The position numbers and the translations under genes are program-made. A DNA stretch of 64,000 bases, taken from sequence record LC768462.1, one strand, 5' to 3'. This document shows, piece by piece, positions 45,181 through 56,229 of the stretch. Positions within the stretch are counted from its first letter, which is position 1; the number at the start of each line of letters is the position of its first letter. This DNA is from Escherichia phage phiEc_1. The notes under the pieces are model-generated. The model ran no database searches. It had not been told where the DNA came from and saw only the letters and a list, made by a program, of their open reading frames with translations.

Positions 45181-48100
45181 ACTCCTTAGGTCGAACTCTT
45201 ACACGGAGTCTCGATTGACGCTTACTGCGTTCAAGCTTCTCTGACAATGAGCCACGTTTAATCTTAGGCTTCCCTTCGTCATTAAACTTCTCCAAGAACT
45301 GCAAGTACTCAGTACGATTCGTTGTCTTGTAAGAAGGAATCTTAATATCAGGGTTCTCTTCAATTACACGTCTCATCTTCGCTACATCATCCCTACCAAG
45401 CAACTTACTCTTAGCCTGTTCAGCTGTAGAACCAAAGATCTTCTCCAGTGCTCTGGATTTGTTACCACCTGCGGAAGAAGCACCAAGTTTAGCAATGGCA
45501 GAGTAATCATCAGCACTAAACCAAGCTACTGGATTATCACCATACTTCTTCTTGTTTTCAGCAGCAGTCTGCAATGCACGTACAAAGCGACGGTTGTTAC
45601 CAGCCTTATCTGCACCATGAACCCTGTCTAAAACTTCAGCCACACTAGCCAACTCATCCAAGCTCTTCCCACTCAAGAAAGCTTTCTCTACTTTATCAGC
45701 AAAGACCTCTTCCTGTTGTTTAATGCTTTCCAAGATATCAGAATTTGCTTGAGATCTTTCATCGTCAGGCAGAGCAGAACGAATCTTCTCCATCTCCAAT
45801 TCTTCCTCTTGCAGTTTCTTAATATCAGAGTCAACCTTCTGAGCTTCCTCAATAGCCTTCCTAGTATCCGCATCCAAGTTATCAAGCTTACCTTCAGTAT
45901 CTCCAGTAACCTTAACAATCTCTTTCTCGATAGGGGTCATTGATTCGTACTTCTTAGCAAACTTCTCAACATCAGCTTCGATACGAGAACGAGCATTCTG
46001 ATGTTCAGTAGGAGTCATAGGCTTCTCAAGAAGTGCATAACGGTTATCCATATAGGAACCAGCAAATGCTTCAGCATCCTCTCTAGATATGCCCTTATCT
46101 TCCATAGTACGCATCAGGCGGCGATGAATGTCATCACGTTGACGTTGTACTGCCATAAGGTCATTCTCACGCTCTTGGGCCGCTTTAAGCTCTTCACTGC
46201 GCTTAACTCTCTTGTCCACATCAAACTTACGGTTCATTTCTTCCGCTTGCTCATACATCTTGTTCCACTTGGCCTGACGAGCGTCTTCCTCTGCATCAGT
46301 TAAACGACGCTGACGATCAAGGTAATCTGACTCGGCGTTGTGGATACGTTCAATGTAACTACGGAACTTCTCTGGAGGAACTGGAGAGTTCTTGTCATGG
46401 TGAGCAGCCAACTGTTTCAATGTACGAGATTCCTGAGCCTCACGAACAGGTTTAGGTAAACCTTCCATCATCTTCTCAATCTCACTCTTCTGAGCTGCAA
46501 TAGCCTCTAGAGTTTTACGTTCATTCTCAACAGCAGCCTTAGCATCTGAACGAGCCTGAGCCTTTTTCCTGAGGGTAGCAAGACGTTCTTCACGAGCCTG
46601 TAAATGCTTAGCAGCAGCTTCGTACTGAGAGTTCTTGTTAGCTTTGTTGAAGGCATTCACTTCTCTGTTATAGGTGTTAATAAACCCATCCCAAATATCC
46701 TTCATCTGACCAACTTCCAAAGCCTCTTTCCTACCAGCCTTCTCTGAAGATTTAAACTTCCCATCTACAAAGTCATTCATCAGCTTACGCATAGCATCTT
46801 TCTGAGCAGGACGTAAAGGTTCTGAATCAATCAAAGCATCAATCTCAGACTGAAGCTCTTTCTTCTGGTCAACCAGTTTAGGAGCATCTTTCTTATCGAA
46901 AGCTTTGTTCTCTTCTAGAGCTTGTTGATACAGTCTATCAAACTCATCCTCACGCTGCTTCTGATACAACCTTTCAGCACGACGTTTCAGACTATCCAAG
47001 TTAGTTACGTTCCCACCTAAACCTTTCTCTTCAGCACGTAATGCCTTAGTAGCAATGTCTTCTGGCAGACCACGTTCCTTAACCCATTCAGCAAAATTAG
47101 TTCGTACAGTGTTGTTCTTAGCAGTAGCAATACCTTGCTGAGAAGCCAGCTGGTTACGAGCCATTTCTTCATGACGTTCAGTGTTGATAGCATTGTCTTC
47201 CTGACGAATACGACGCATCAATTCCTTAGGATCACCTTTATAAGCCAAGAAGTTTTCAGCAGTAGCTTTAGCCTTAGCAGCCTTAGAGTACAGAGAACGA
47301 GCAAAACGTTCTGCACGATCTTTAGTAGACTGACGAGCAGCACTAGACATAGCAGCTAAACGTTCTACACCACTTGCCGGTTTAACGTCCTGTACAGCTT
47401 CCTTAGGAGCTTTAGGAGCACGGGCAGGTAATGGCTCAGCTTTGACTGTTGGTTCCTCTACAGTGGGTTCTGGAGCCTGTGCGGCCTCTTCTTGAGCACG
47501 TTGCTGTTCCATTGCACGACGCTCCTCTAAAGGGTTACGAGCAGGGAGAGGTTCAGCCTGTGGAGCTTGTTCGACTGGAGCTTCTTGAGCAGCAGCTGCC
47601 TCTTCTTCAGCGCGACGCTGTTCAGCCTGACGGATAGCACGTCTTTGCGCAACTAAATCACGAGCTGTAAGAGGAGTTTCTTGAGGAGTAGAAGAAGGAA
47701 GATTTTCTTCCATCACAGTACTAGAAGAAGGCTCCCGAACCGGTTCGGTTTCCGCGTCATTTTGCGTCTTAAATTTAACGTCATCAACAACTGGTTCTTC
47801 TTCCATCTTAGCACGAGCTTCATCAGCAGTCGACTTAGCACGAGCAACTTCCAAATCACCGCGAGCTAGAGAGCGGATAGCTTCACTGTTAGATTCTTGT
47901 TGCTTAACACGTTGAGAGCGAGCACGCTGAGAAGAGAAGCGATTCAGAGCATACTTAGCAGCACCGAGAGTGTTCATTACCAGACTAGGTGAAGAAGCCT
48001 CACGGAATCCATCATCAGTCAGGGAAGTCCAACCACGATCTTGGTTGCTCATGAATTTAGCTGTATTGTTCAGAGTGTAAGCATCTTGGATAGGATTAAA

Positions 48101-49600
48101 ACCTTCAGGCATACCTTTCAGTTTCTTCAACCCACCGATAGCTTTCTTCATCTCTGGAGAAACATTATCAGCCATCTTCTGTAGTTCAGCAGCTTTCTCT
48201 ACAAAGTTATTAAAGTCTTCACCATCACGAGCTTTGAATCGATTTGCTTCATTGTAGAAAGTCTTGTAAGCATCAATGAAATCACGGTCGGCTTGTGTAC
48301 GGTTCTTAATATCAATCGGACTACCAGTAAAATCACCAGAAGCTCGGAGAGAAGTTAATTCACGGTCTAGGTTATCTAGAACATCTGTAAGAGCTTTCGT
48401 ATTGTCTTTGGTGTAATCAGCCATTGCATCCTTCATAGCAACAGCCTGCTTCTGGTTGTGCTCGTTGTCAGCGAATGCTTTACCACGAGTCTTAGCAGGA
48501 GAAGCTAAAGGGTTGAGGCCCGGAATGTTGGAATGTTCTTTCTGAACGGAAGCAGCTTTCTCAGCACGAGCTTGGTCAGTATTAAGAATACGCTGAGCAG
48601 CAGGGGAGTCTACAGCAACAGCATCTGTAATACGGAATCCATTCTCATCCAGAAGGTTCAGAGCAGAAGCAGCGTTAGCAGTTTCAGCTTTAGAGTAGGC
48701 TTCTTTCAGTTCATCAATATTCTTAGCACTGCGAATTAGTTCGTCATCAGCAGCAATATCAGTCTTCGCATACTCTGGAGTATTCTTAAAGACAGTAGAG
48801 TCTGGACGGCTAATCAAACCATGAACCCCACCAACTGCACCACCAAATGCAGCACCCATAGCACCTTCTTCGATAGCACCCTCTAATACATTAGCAAAGG
48901 TTGTACCATCTCCATGCTTGTTCTGAGCTTCAGCAGCACCTACAAGAGCGCCACCTTTAGCACCAGCCACTGCGTTACTAGCAACGTTCTGACCGATACG
49001 TCCAAGTGTGGACTCAGCTGTACCAACAGCACCCGGAAGGATTCTCTGAGCCGCATAGTTAGCACCACCAACTAAGGCTGCATCTAGAATAGATTTATCT
49101 TCCCCCTCTTCAGGGGTTTGGTCTGCATATGCACGACCTGTCTCACGACCTGCGATGATAGCAGCAGCAGCCAATGGGTTAGCAACTGTCAAACCGATAT
49201 CACCAGCAACGCCAGCATACTGACCGACAGTTTTACCAATCCCATCCTCAATCTTATCCATACGTTCTTTAAGAAGGTTCTGAGAGTTCTCTTGGATACG
49301 CTTACCATAACTAGTTTGTGCTCCAGCTAGATTCTCACCAATCTCAACTAAACCACCAATACCTTTAGCAGCACTAGCTGCAATATTTGCACCACCAGAT
49401 TGAAGAGCATTTGACACACCTTGAGCAAACTCACCTATAGCACCACGTTCTTCTTGTTGTGGTTGTGCTACTGGCTGTTCCTCAGGAATAGAGCCACCTG
49501 CTGCCTTATATTGTTCTCTCATTTGAGCTTGTTGCTCCGGAGAGGCATTCAGATACGCAGGAGCTTTGGAAGCTTCTTCCCACGGTTTAATGTTAGCCAT
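45179..49600 (-). CDS. large internal virion/ejection protein (about 1473 aa, Ala/Glu-rich, coiled-coil)
   Basis: ATG at 49600 with AAGGAG SD (track's upstream Met at 49645 lies in the promoter-like motif). Confidence 0.6.
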   Translation of the reverse strand: MANIKPWEEASKAPAYLNASPEQQAQMREQYKAAGGSIPEEQPVAQPQQEERGAIGEFAQGVSNALQSGGANIAASAAKGIGGLVEIGENLAGAQTSYGKRIQENSQNLLKERMDKIEDGIGKTVGQYAGVAGDIGLTVANPLAAAAIIAGRETGRAYADQTPEEGEDKSILDAALVGGANYAAQRILPGAVGTAESTLGRIGQNVASNAVAGAKGGALVGAAEAQNKHGDGTTFANVLEGAIEEGAMGAAFGGAVGGVHGLISRPDSTVFKNTPEYAKTDIAADDELIRSAKNIDELKEAYSKAETANAASALNLLDENGFRITDAVAVDSPAAQRILNTDQARAEKAASVQKEHSNIPGLNPLASPAKTRGKAFADNEHNQKQAVAMKDAMADYTKDNTKALTDVLDNLDRELTSLRASGDFTGSPIDIKNRTQADRDFIDAYKTFYNEANRFKARDGEDFNNFVEKAAELQKMADNVSPEMKKAIGGLKKLKGMPEGFNPIQDAYTLNNTAKFMSNQDRGWTSLTDDGFREASSPSLVMNTLGAAKYALNRFSSQRARSQRVKQQESNSEAIRSLARGDLEVARAKSTADEARAKMEEEPVVDDVKFKTQNDAETEPVREPSSSTVMEENLPSSTPQETPLTARDLVAQRRAIRQAEQRRAEEEAAAAQEAPVEQAPQAEPLPARNPLEERRAMEQQRAQEEAAQAPEPTVEEPTVKAEPLPARAPKAPKEAVQDVKPASGVERLAAMSSAARQSTKDRAERFARSLYSKAAKAKATAENFLAYKGDPKELMRRIRQEDNAINTERHEEMARNQLASQQGIATAKNNTVRTNFAEWVKERGLPEDIATKALRAEEKGLGGNVTNLDSLKRRAERLYQKQREDEFDRLYQQALEENKAFDKKDAPKLVDQKKELQSEIDALIDSEPLRPAQKDAMRKLMNDFVDGKFKSSEKAGRKEALEVGQMKDIWDGFINTYNREVNAFNKANKNSQYEAAAKHLQAREERLATLRKKAQARSDAKAAVENERKTLEAIAAQKSEIEKMMEGLPKPVREAQESRTLKQLAAHHDKNSPVPPEKFRSYIERIHNAESDYLDRQRRLTDAEEDARQAKWNKMYEQAEEMNRKFDVDKRVKRSEELKAAQERENDLMAVQRQRDDIHRRLMRTMEDKGISREDAEAFAGSYMDNRYALLEKPMTPTEHQNARSRIEADVEKFAKKYESMTPIEKEIVKVTGDTEGKLDNLDADTRKAIEEAQKVDSDIKKLQEEELEMEKIRSALPDDERSQANSDILESIKQQEEVFADKVEKAFLSGKSLDELASVAEVLDRVHGADKAGNNRRFVRALQTAAENKKKYGDNPVAWFSADDYSAIAKLGASSAGGNKSRALEKIFGSTAEQAKSKLLGRDDVAKMRRVIEENPDIKIPSYKTTNRTEYLQFLEKFNDEGKPKIKRGSLSEKLERSKRQSRLRVRVRPKE

Positions 49601-49638
49601 AACGTCTCCTTTTATAAATAAAAATGTCCTACCCCCTA

Positions 49639-49647
49639 TATACATTA
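49639..49647 (-). promoter_or_regulatory. candidate phage-sigma promoter element (TAATGTATA on - strand)
   Basis: Reverse complement of TATACATTA, 39 bp upstream of the 49600 start. Confidence 0.45.
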
Positions 49648-49667
49648 TAGAAGGCAGGACTTAGGTC

Positions 49668-51323
49668 TTATTGAGTAAACCAGCTAGTGTCTTCGACAGC
49701 TGATAAAGCACCATTAAGCTTAGGATTGGTTGCTGCACCACCAACTGCTTCTTCTGCTTGTTCAGAGAAAACACCTAGAGGGTCATAGAAACCACCAGAA
49801 GGGATTGCACGGTTAACCAATGCAGTAGCTCTCTTCTTATCCATACCAGAACCGATGTAAGCTTCAATCGTAGCTCTCTTAGCATCAGCAACACCTTTCA
49901 TTGCAGAGGTGTGACCAACGTTAGCTTGCTTACGAGCATAAGCAAGAGCAGAATCAGTAGGACGCCATCCAGATTTCAGTGCAAACTTGTTGCCAACACG
50001 AATGAAGATTGATGGGTCTTCTGCAAAGTGCCCCAAGTCTTCTTCGGTAAGAGAACGAGTAGCACCGATTTCAGCCCTTGCGGAGTTCATGATAGCCTGC
50101 ATGTAAGCAGAACGAGCTGTCTGATAGTCTTTATCCTTAACAGCCTTATCAGCCAAATCCAAGTCTTTGTTAGACTGGTTAAACAGGCCACCTTTCTCTG
50201 CCCACTGCTTAGCAACCGTACCTTCAGCTGTATTCTGAGCAAGACGAACTTCTTTCGGGTTAAAGTTAAAACTCTGAGCAGCTTGTTCAGCACGTTCAGC
50301 CTTAACCTTATCACGATAACCAATCAACTCTTTCTGACGTTCAAAGTTCATGTTAGCCCTTTCTTCATCAGCACGACGAGTTTCATCAGCACGCTCACGC
50401 ATAGTTTGCTCTTGAATCTGTTGACGTCTATCCCATTCAGCATTTTGTCGTTCTTCACGAGCAGCATACAACGCTTCTTTCTGAGCAGGGTCTACAGCTC
50501 TCATCTTCAGTAGAGATGGGTCTCCGTTAGCAATAGCAGCTGCAATCGAGTCTTGAGAGAAGCCTTGTTCAATCAGAGCATCACGGTTAGCTTCCAGTTG
50601 CTTCTTAGTCTCATCTTGATTAGCCATTCCCTGACCAATCTGGAAAGCTTCAATAGGAGACTTACCTGACATAATGGAAAGACCTACACCCATCAAACCT
50701 GTGTAGAAACTAGAGTTCTGATAGAATGGTTCTTTCTGTAGCTTGTTCCAAGCTTCCGAAGGGTCTTTAGCTTTCGCAACTTGCAAGATATCATTGTTAA
50801 CACGTTCCTGATCTTTAGCACGAGTAGCAGCAGCCATTCCATCACCAGTATCTTGTCCTTGAGCAAGAGTATTAATCACACCTTGTGCCTGTTCCACCTG
50901 AGAAGGAGTAAACTCCATAGGACCAGCTTCTAACGGTTTAGTAGGAGGTGTTACCGGAAGAGGGTCACTAGGCATAAGCCCAGCATCCTGTAAACCTTGA
51001 TCAGTGGATAGGTTAGGGTTAGACGCTACAGGGGCCGGTGCTCCAATATCAATACCTTGAAGACTTGTAGGAGTTCCTTGATTCTGCTGTTCCATAAGAC
51101 GTTGCTGGAATCCCGGATTAACCATAGCAGTCTGATCTTCTTCTGCCTGAGAGACAAGACCCGCAAGAGATGAAGGTACAGCAGGACGTTGATACATAGA
51201 AATATCTGCTGTCTGAGTTGGTCTAGCCATATAAGGAGAGGCCGAAGCCGCTCCCGGATTAACACCATAGAAAGTATTTCTCGGGTCACGACTTCTGACC
51301 TGAGCGTAAGTTGTCTGTTGCAT
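49668..51323 (-). CDS. virion internal protein
   Basis: ORF track; AGGAG SD; Gln/Ala-rich with charged coiled-coil centre. Confidence 0.55.
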   Translation of the reverse strand: MQQTTYAQVRSRDPRNTFYGVNPGAASASPYMARPTQTADISMYQRPAVPSSLAGLVSQAEEDQTAMVNPGFQQRLMEQQNQGTPTSLQGIDIGAPAPVASNPNLSTDQGLQDAGLMPSDPLPVTPPTKPLEAGPMEFTPSQVEQAQGVINTLAQGQDTGDGMAAATRAKDQERVNNDILQVAKAKDPSEAWNKLQKEPFYQNSSFYTGLMGVGLSIMSGKSPIEAFQIGQGMANQDETKKQLEANRDALIEQGFSQDSIAAAIANGDPSLLKMRAVDPAQKEALYAAREERQNAEWDRRQQIQEQTMRERADETRRADEERANMNFERQKELIGYRDKVKAERAEQAAQSFNFNPKEVRLAQNTAEGTVAKQWAEKGGLFNQSNKDLDLADKAVKDKDYQTARSAYMQAIMNSARAEIGATRSLTEEDLGHFAEDPSIFIRVGNKFALKSGWRPTDSALAYARKQANVGHTSAMKGVADAKRATIEAYIGSGMDKKRATALVNRAIPSGGFYDPLGVFSEQAEEAVGGAATNPKLNGALSAVEDTSWFTQ

Positions 51324-51336
51324 ATTTATCTCCTAA

Positions 51337-52305
51337 TTAAGTACTAGCCAACCCACCGATTACACCCCCAGCTAATGCACCCCAAGGTCCAAAGGAAGAG
51401 CCAGCTGCTGCACCACTCATAGCTCCACCAAGGAAACCACCTTTGCCACCAGATGTTTTAGTAGTTGTAGTTTGTCCGAGAGCACCGTTAAGTACACCTG
51501 CTGCACCGAGTTGGTTATTGATATCTTGCCATCCCCAATTAGCTGCGTTCTGAGCATTCTGGTAGGCATTATCATATTCATTCTGTTGTTGCTGTTGTTG
51601 CTGCAACCCTGCATTCCATTGATTCATTATTTGCTGTTGAGACAAATTAGCACCCTGCTGACCTAGGTTAGAAAGGTTAGAACCAATATTAGAAAGACCA
51701 GAGAGAGCAGCTGCCTGATTCTGTCTATTACCAGAGAGGATGCTTTCAGCTTGGCTAATAGCCGAGTTATAGGCACTATTGGTAATATCTGTTGCTTGGC
51801 CTTGCATCTGATTCAGAGCATCACCTTGGGCAAAAGACTTAGCCATACGAGCACCTGAACCTTGTTGACCAGCAAACTGTTGAGCTAACTGAGGAAGAGC
51901 ATTACGTGCCAAGTTCTGTTGAACCTGTTCATTATTAGCTGTAATGGCTGCTTGCACAGCGTCATCATCATACAGTTGACCAGCGAGAGCACCAATCTGC
52001 TCTCCAGTAATCCCACCTTGTCCAGAGAGGCTCTGATAACCTTTATAGGCATTATCTAGATAACCCAAGCCTTGACCTGCTGCATCCATATACTGCTGTG
52101 AGAGAGTACCTAGAGCGCCAGATTGTGCTAGGTTGTTAAGTGCCTCTGTCTGATTGTTATTAAACCCTACATTGTCACGATAAACATAATCCCCTGAACT
52201 AGTATTACCAATCTGTTGGTTAAGCTGGTCAATATACTGTTGAATGTATTCAGGGCGAATCATTTGGGAAGTAGTTTTACTACCCCCTCCTCCGAAAAGT
52301 CCCAT
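51337..52305 (-). CDS. Gln/Asn/Gly-rich low-complexity virion protein
   Basis: ORF track; AGGAG SD; poly-Q run. Confidence 0.55.
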   Translation of the reverse strand: MGLFGGGGSKTTSQMIRPEYIQQYIDQLNQQIGNTSSGDYVYRDNVGFNNNQTEALNNLAQSGALGTLSQQYMDAAGQGLGYLDNAYKGYQSLSGQGGITGEQIGALAGQLYDDDAVQAAITANNEQVQQNLARNALPQLAQQFAGQQGSGARMAKSFAQGDALNQMQGQATDITNSAYNSAISQAESILSGNRQNQAAALSGLSNIGSNLSNLGQQGANLSQQQIMNQWNAGLQQQQQQQNEYDNAYQNAQNAANWGWQDINNQLGAAGVLNGALGQTTTTKTSGGKGGFLGGAMSGAAAGSSFGPWGALAGGVIGGLAST

Positions 52306-52317
52306 ATCAAATCTCCT

Positions 52318-53370
52318 TTAGTTTGCTCCAAATGCCCCTAAGACACCACCTAAGATATTACTACCTGCTGTGGATAACCAGTTAGACTGACCTTTCTGTT
52401 GAGAAAGATTAGAACCACCAATCATAGGACCAGCCATTCCAGATTGCCCACCTGAGTTGTTATAGGAACTCCAAGCATTCTGAGTCTGTTGATTAGGAGA
52501 GAAAGCACCCATACGACCTGCAATACCTAATCCAGTGATACCAGCACCTAGGAGCTGTTGTCCAGTATTAACCCCCGGAGCAGCATTCTTAATCGTGTAC
52601 CCAGCCATTGGGCTTACACTATTTAATACATTAAGTTGGTTGTTAAGCTGATTCCACCCATACTGTTGAGAGCCAATAGCATTCTGCCAATTAATATCAG
52701 CTTGAGCTTGGGCTTGTTGCTGTTGTAGATTACCAGCCATGAGTTGATTCTGGATAGCTTGTTGAGTTGCCTGAACACCTTGAGCACCAAGGTTGAGATT
52801 CTGTCCAGCCAATCCTGACTGAGCACCAAGTAATCCCCTCTGGAAGTTTTGGTCTTGTTGAAGAGCACTGATTCCCATATTCTTGCCACTGATAGTACGA
52901 GCTAAGTTTGTATTAGCACTGTTCAGAGCAGCACCTTGAGCAGCAGCTCTACGGAGAGAGCCTGAATCAGAACCATTTCCGAGGGATACATTGGAAGCTG
53001 CCTTACTAGTCGCTTGAGCAAGAGCTGAGTTATTCAATCCTTTACTAAAGTTATTAACACCATCAGCAGTTAGACCACCACCATTGACAATATTCTGATA
53101 CTGCTGTGCAAGAGAGTTTAATTGGTCCAACCCTTGCTGTGTACGAGGCGTGTACATATCAGCCAATTGCTTCTGAGTAGTAGAAGCTGCTAAGTTGTTC
53201 AGAGCACCCTGTTGGTTGCCATTAAACCCAGCCAGTTGTTGGGAGATGAATCCCGGATCGTTGTTCTGCATATTCTGAGCATTAGCAACAATCTGCTTCA
53301 GCAGGGCATCAACCTGAGAGGAAGGGGCCACTGTGGTTTTGCTAGAAGCTGATTTTCCAAATAAAGACAT
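52318..53370 (-). CDS. Gln/Asn/Gly-rich low-complexity virion protein
   Basis: ORF track; AAGGAGG SD. Confidence 0.55.
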   Translation of the reverse strand: MSLFGKSASSKTTVAPSSQVDALLKQIVANAQNMQNNDPGFISQQLAGFNGNQQGALNNLAASTTQKQLADMYTPRTQQGLDQLNSLAQQYQNIVNGGGLTADGVNNFSKGLNNSALAQATSKAASNVSLGNGSDSGSLRRAAAQGAALNSANTNLARTISGKNMGISALQQDQNFQRGLLGAQSGLAGQNLNLGAQGVQATQQAIQNQLMAGNLQQQQAQAQADINWQNAIGSQQYGWNQLNNQLNVLNSVSPMAGYTIKNAAPGVNTGQQLLGAGITGLGIAGRMGAFSPNQQTQNAWSSYNNSGGQSGMAGPMIGGSNLSQQKGQSNWLSTAGSNILGGVLGAFGAN

Positions 53371-53389
53371 AAGTCCTCCTTAAAGATTA

Positions 53390-54172
53390 TTACTTTACAC
53401 CAATGCTAGCCAGACGTCTGAGCACTGCTTGTGTTTGTGGACTGTACTGAGAACCTGCTGCATGTGGTGCACTTGCCCTCTGAACTGTTTGAGAAGTGGG
53501 AGGTTTACCAGCAAGCATAGCAGCTACCCCTAATACTGCATTACCAAAGTTCTGTTGAGGTTTCTGATTTTCGCCTTCCTGCACTTCATCAGAGTAAAAC
53601 TCTACTGGATTTCCACCTAAAGCACCTGTCTTAGAAGCAGCAATCTCTGCCTGAGTTGGAGCTTGTGCGGCCTTCTCTCTATCTAACAAGTCAGGACTAA
53701 ACTGATTGACTGGTTGAACAGCTTGCAAAGCTCCAACAGGGTTAGCAATCTGAGAAGCTGCATCACCATAGAAAGGAAGAAAGTGTTTATTGTTCATGGA
53801 GTCAAGAGCTTGTGGAGTAAACCCCTTTTTACCAGCGAACATTTGCTTAGCTCCACCGATACCTTCTGAATAACCAACCATTGCTTTCTTAACATCACCA
53901 TTAAAAGCTTTTAAGTTATCTCTTATGTAACGAGCGCCCATATCAATATTCTTTGCTGGGTCAAGTCTATCTTCTAGTTTGTAACCGTAATCTTTAGCCA
54001 ACCCTTTACTGATCTGCATTAAACCTACAGGACCAGTTCCAGAGGCCACTGTAGGACGACCACTGGACTCTCTTTGGATGACAGCATGAATCAAAGCAGC
54101 AGGAATCCCATACTTCTTTGAAGCTTGCTGTACCATTGGGTCTAGTTCTTCGATACCCATTCTGATTGCCAT
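53390..54172 (-). CDS. lytic transglycosylase (SLT domain)
   Basis: HAVIQRESSGRP...GPVGLMQI matches SLT catalytic region. Confidence 0.8.
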   Translation of the reverse strand: MAIRMGIEELDPMVQQASKKYGIPAALIHAVIQRESSGRPTVASGTGPVGLMQISKGLAKDYGYKLEDRLDPAKNIDMGARYIRDNLKAFNGDVKKAMVGYSEGIGGAKQMFAGKKGFTPQALDSMNNKHFLPFYGDAASQIANPVGALQAVQPVNQFSPDLLDREKAAQAPTQAEIAASKTGALGGNPVEFYSDEVQEGENQKPQQNFGNAVLGVAAMLAGKPPTSQTVQRASAPHAAGSQYSPQTQAVLRRLASIGVK

Positions 54173-54181
54173 AATATCTCC

Positions 54182-55216
54182 TTATTGTATACTCCTGAAT
54201 ATCTTTCTAGCATCTAATATTGGAATACTTAACCCGAGGGCACCACCCCCTCCTAAATCATATTGACTACTCCAAGAGTAAATCATCCTTCCGAAACCTG
54301 TACCGAAAGAAGAGCCATTCATCATGTGAGATCTTGTGTGTTGAAAATACCAACCACTAGCCTTGCCCCTTATTGCTCCTGCTCCGTAAGATAGTGGTAT
54401 CATTGGATAGGCCAGAGATGTGTTACCGCCACTCATAGGCATAAATCCCTCAACACTAAAAGGGGTTCTATATGTAGAAAATACACACTGAGACCCATTT
54501 GGAGAGAAGATATTTAAACCCCCATTGTGGGTTGGTACTCCAGAACCATCACAGAAGACGGCAATTCTAACACCACCAATGTATCCTGTTTGGTTTGTGT
54601 TACCATTATCATGAGATCTGTTCTGGTACACATAAACAACCCTATTGGATGGATTGTATAGCAGCCCTGCTCCACCGTTACTCCAATTCGCGTAGACAGT
54701 TGCTCGGCTCATATCAAAACCACCAATATCTGGTATTTGAAGAGAACCATTTATGTCACCCTCCCAAGCCCAAATACATTGACCAACAACCCCAGAATCG
54801 GATATTGAGAAATAGTCAGCAGAGTTGGAGAATGTGATTCCATAATTCCTGTTAGCTCTAGGCCATATTTGATACACATTAAAAGCCATATCAAATACCC
54901 AACCGTTTACATTATAGTCCATAGTAACTCTGAAGGTTGAGTTATTAATAACAGATATATCCGTTATCCAATACACATCAGACGTTACGTTAGGAGGTAT
55001 GTATCTCTCCCAAACAACAGACCCTGTTGGAACTACAACTATCTGACCACTACCATCCCAACCACTTATAGGCAAGTCACAGGTATTTCCACTAAAAGAG
55101 AAATTCCCACTGACTCTATTTCTGAGTTGAGGGAATGTGCTACCACTATCGATGTAAATATCAGCAGGTGCCGCTGGACCCGGACCAACCGGGCGTGTCC
55201 ATATTCCATATGCCAT
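54182..55216 (-). CDS. tail fibre / receptor-binding protein (beta-rich)
   Basis: ORF track; Gly/Ser/Asn-rich beta-like composition; adjacent to fibre-like gene. Confidence 0.45.
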   Translation of the reverse strand: MAYGIWTRPVGPGPAAPADIYIDSGSTFPQLRNRVSGNFSFSGNTCDLPISGWDGSGQIVVVPTGSVVWERYIPPNVTSDVYWITDISVINNSTFRVTMDYNVNGWVFDMAFNVYQIWPRANRNYGITFSNSADYFSISDSGVVGQCIWAWEGDINGSLQIPDIGGFDMSRATVYANWSNGGAGLLYNPSNRVVYVYQNRSHDNGNTNQTGYIGGVRIAVFCDGSGVPTHNGGLNIFSPNGSQCVFSTYRTPFSVEGFMPMSGGNTSLAYPMIPLSYGAGAIRGKASGWYFQHTRSHMMNGSSFGTGFGRMIYSWSSQYDLGGGGALGLSIPILDARKIFRSIQ

Positions 55217-55217
55217 G

Positions 55218-56186
55218 TTACCAACTCCCTATTCTTATGCGAAGAGTTCCACTCCCATCATAAAAATCTATTCTATTACCATTCATCCACAACTGAGAAC
55301 CACCTGTACCACCCATAACAAAATCACCACCAACAGTAAGTCTCCAGTTAGAACCCCACATAGAACCAGCAGTGATTTTATCCGCTGATAAGTTCTGAAT
55401 CTGAGCATTGGAGATAGATACGTTATCAATCTGTGCCCATTGGATCCTAGCGTTGGCAATCTGAGCAGTTGTGATGTTGACGTTCTTTATGTCAGCGAAT
55501 TCCATCCTAGCTCGCCCACCCTCAAATACGAAGGGGGTATTCCCAGAGCTGCCATCACCAACAATAAATTTGTTAGCTGTTACTTGGAATTGACTGTTTG
55601 TTCCGTTGTTAGTTAACTTGACCCCAGCATATCTTCCGTTGACTGTAGAGTTAACACCCCACGTAGCTTCATACTCAGAGAGTTTCATATACTGAGAAAG
55701 GCTTCCGTTGATATTTTGCAGTTCTGTCTGAACAAGAGCAATCTCTTGACCTTGATCGTTAACAATACCTTCTACTGTCTGAATTTTAGTTGTGTTACCT
55801 TCGATGCTGGTCTTAAAACCAGATACAGTGCTTTCTAGCTTCACAGGGGGTTGAACAGAATTATCCCAAATGTCCTCAGTGGACAGGTTCCCCATCTGGG
55901 TTTGGATATCTGCAATAGCTGTTTCTATCTCTGTAGTAATTCTATTCTCAAGCTCATCAAATTGTAGATTCATTGCATTAAGAGCTTTAATACGAACATC
56001 AATCTCTTCGTGAATTTCATCTATAGCTTGGAACATTTGGTTAGTAGCTGTGCTAACTTTTTGTAATTCATCATACACGGCTACGTTATATGTTTCTGTG
56101 TCCTGTACATTATTGAGAAACCCAACGTTGTACGGGAGTGTGGTGTTGTTGCGACCAGTATTCTTACGAAAACCACCTGCACCCAT
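55218..56186 (-). CDS. tail fibre protein
   Basis: ATG at 56186 with GGAGG SD (track start 56252 overlaps upstream gene); coiled-coil N-terminus, fibre-like C-terminal repeats. Confidence 0.5.
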   Translation of the reverse strand: MGAGGFRKNTGRNNTTLPYNVGFLNNVQDTETYNVAVYDELQKVSTATNQMFQAIDEIHEEIDVRIKALNAMNLQFDELENRITTEIETAIADIQTQMGNLSTEDIWDNSVQPPVKLESTVSGFKTSIEGNTTKIQTVEGIVNDQGQEIALVQTELQNINGSLSQYMKLSEYEATWGVNSTVNGRYAGVKLTNNGTNSQFQVTANKFIVGDGSSGNTPFVFEGGRARMEFADIKNVNITTAQIANARIQWAQIDNVSISNAQIQNLSADKITAGSMWGSNWRLTVGGDFVMGGTGGSQLWMNGNRIDFYDGSGTLRIRIGSW

Positions 56187-56229
56187 AAGTTCCTCCAAAA
56201 CAATAAAAGGGGCACGAAGCCCCTTGTTG

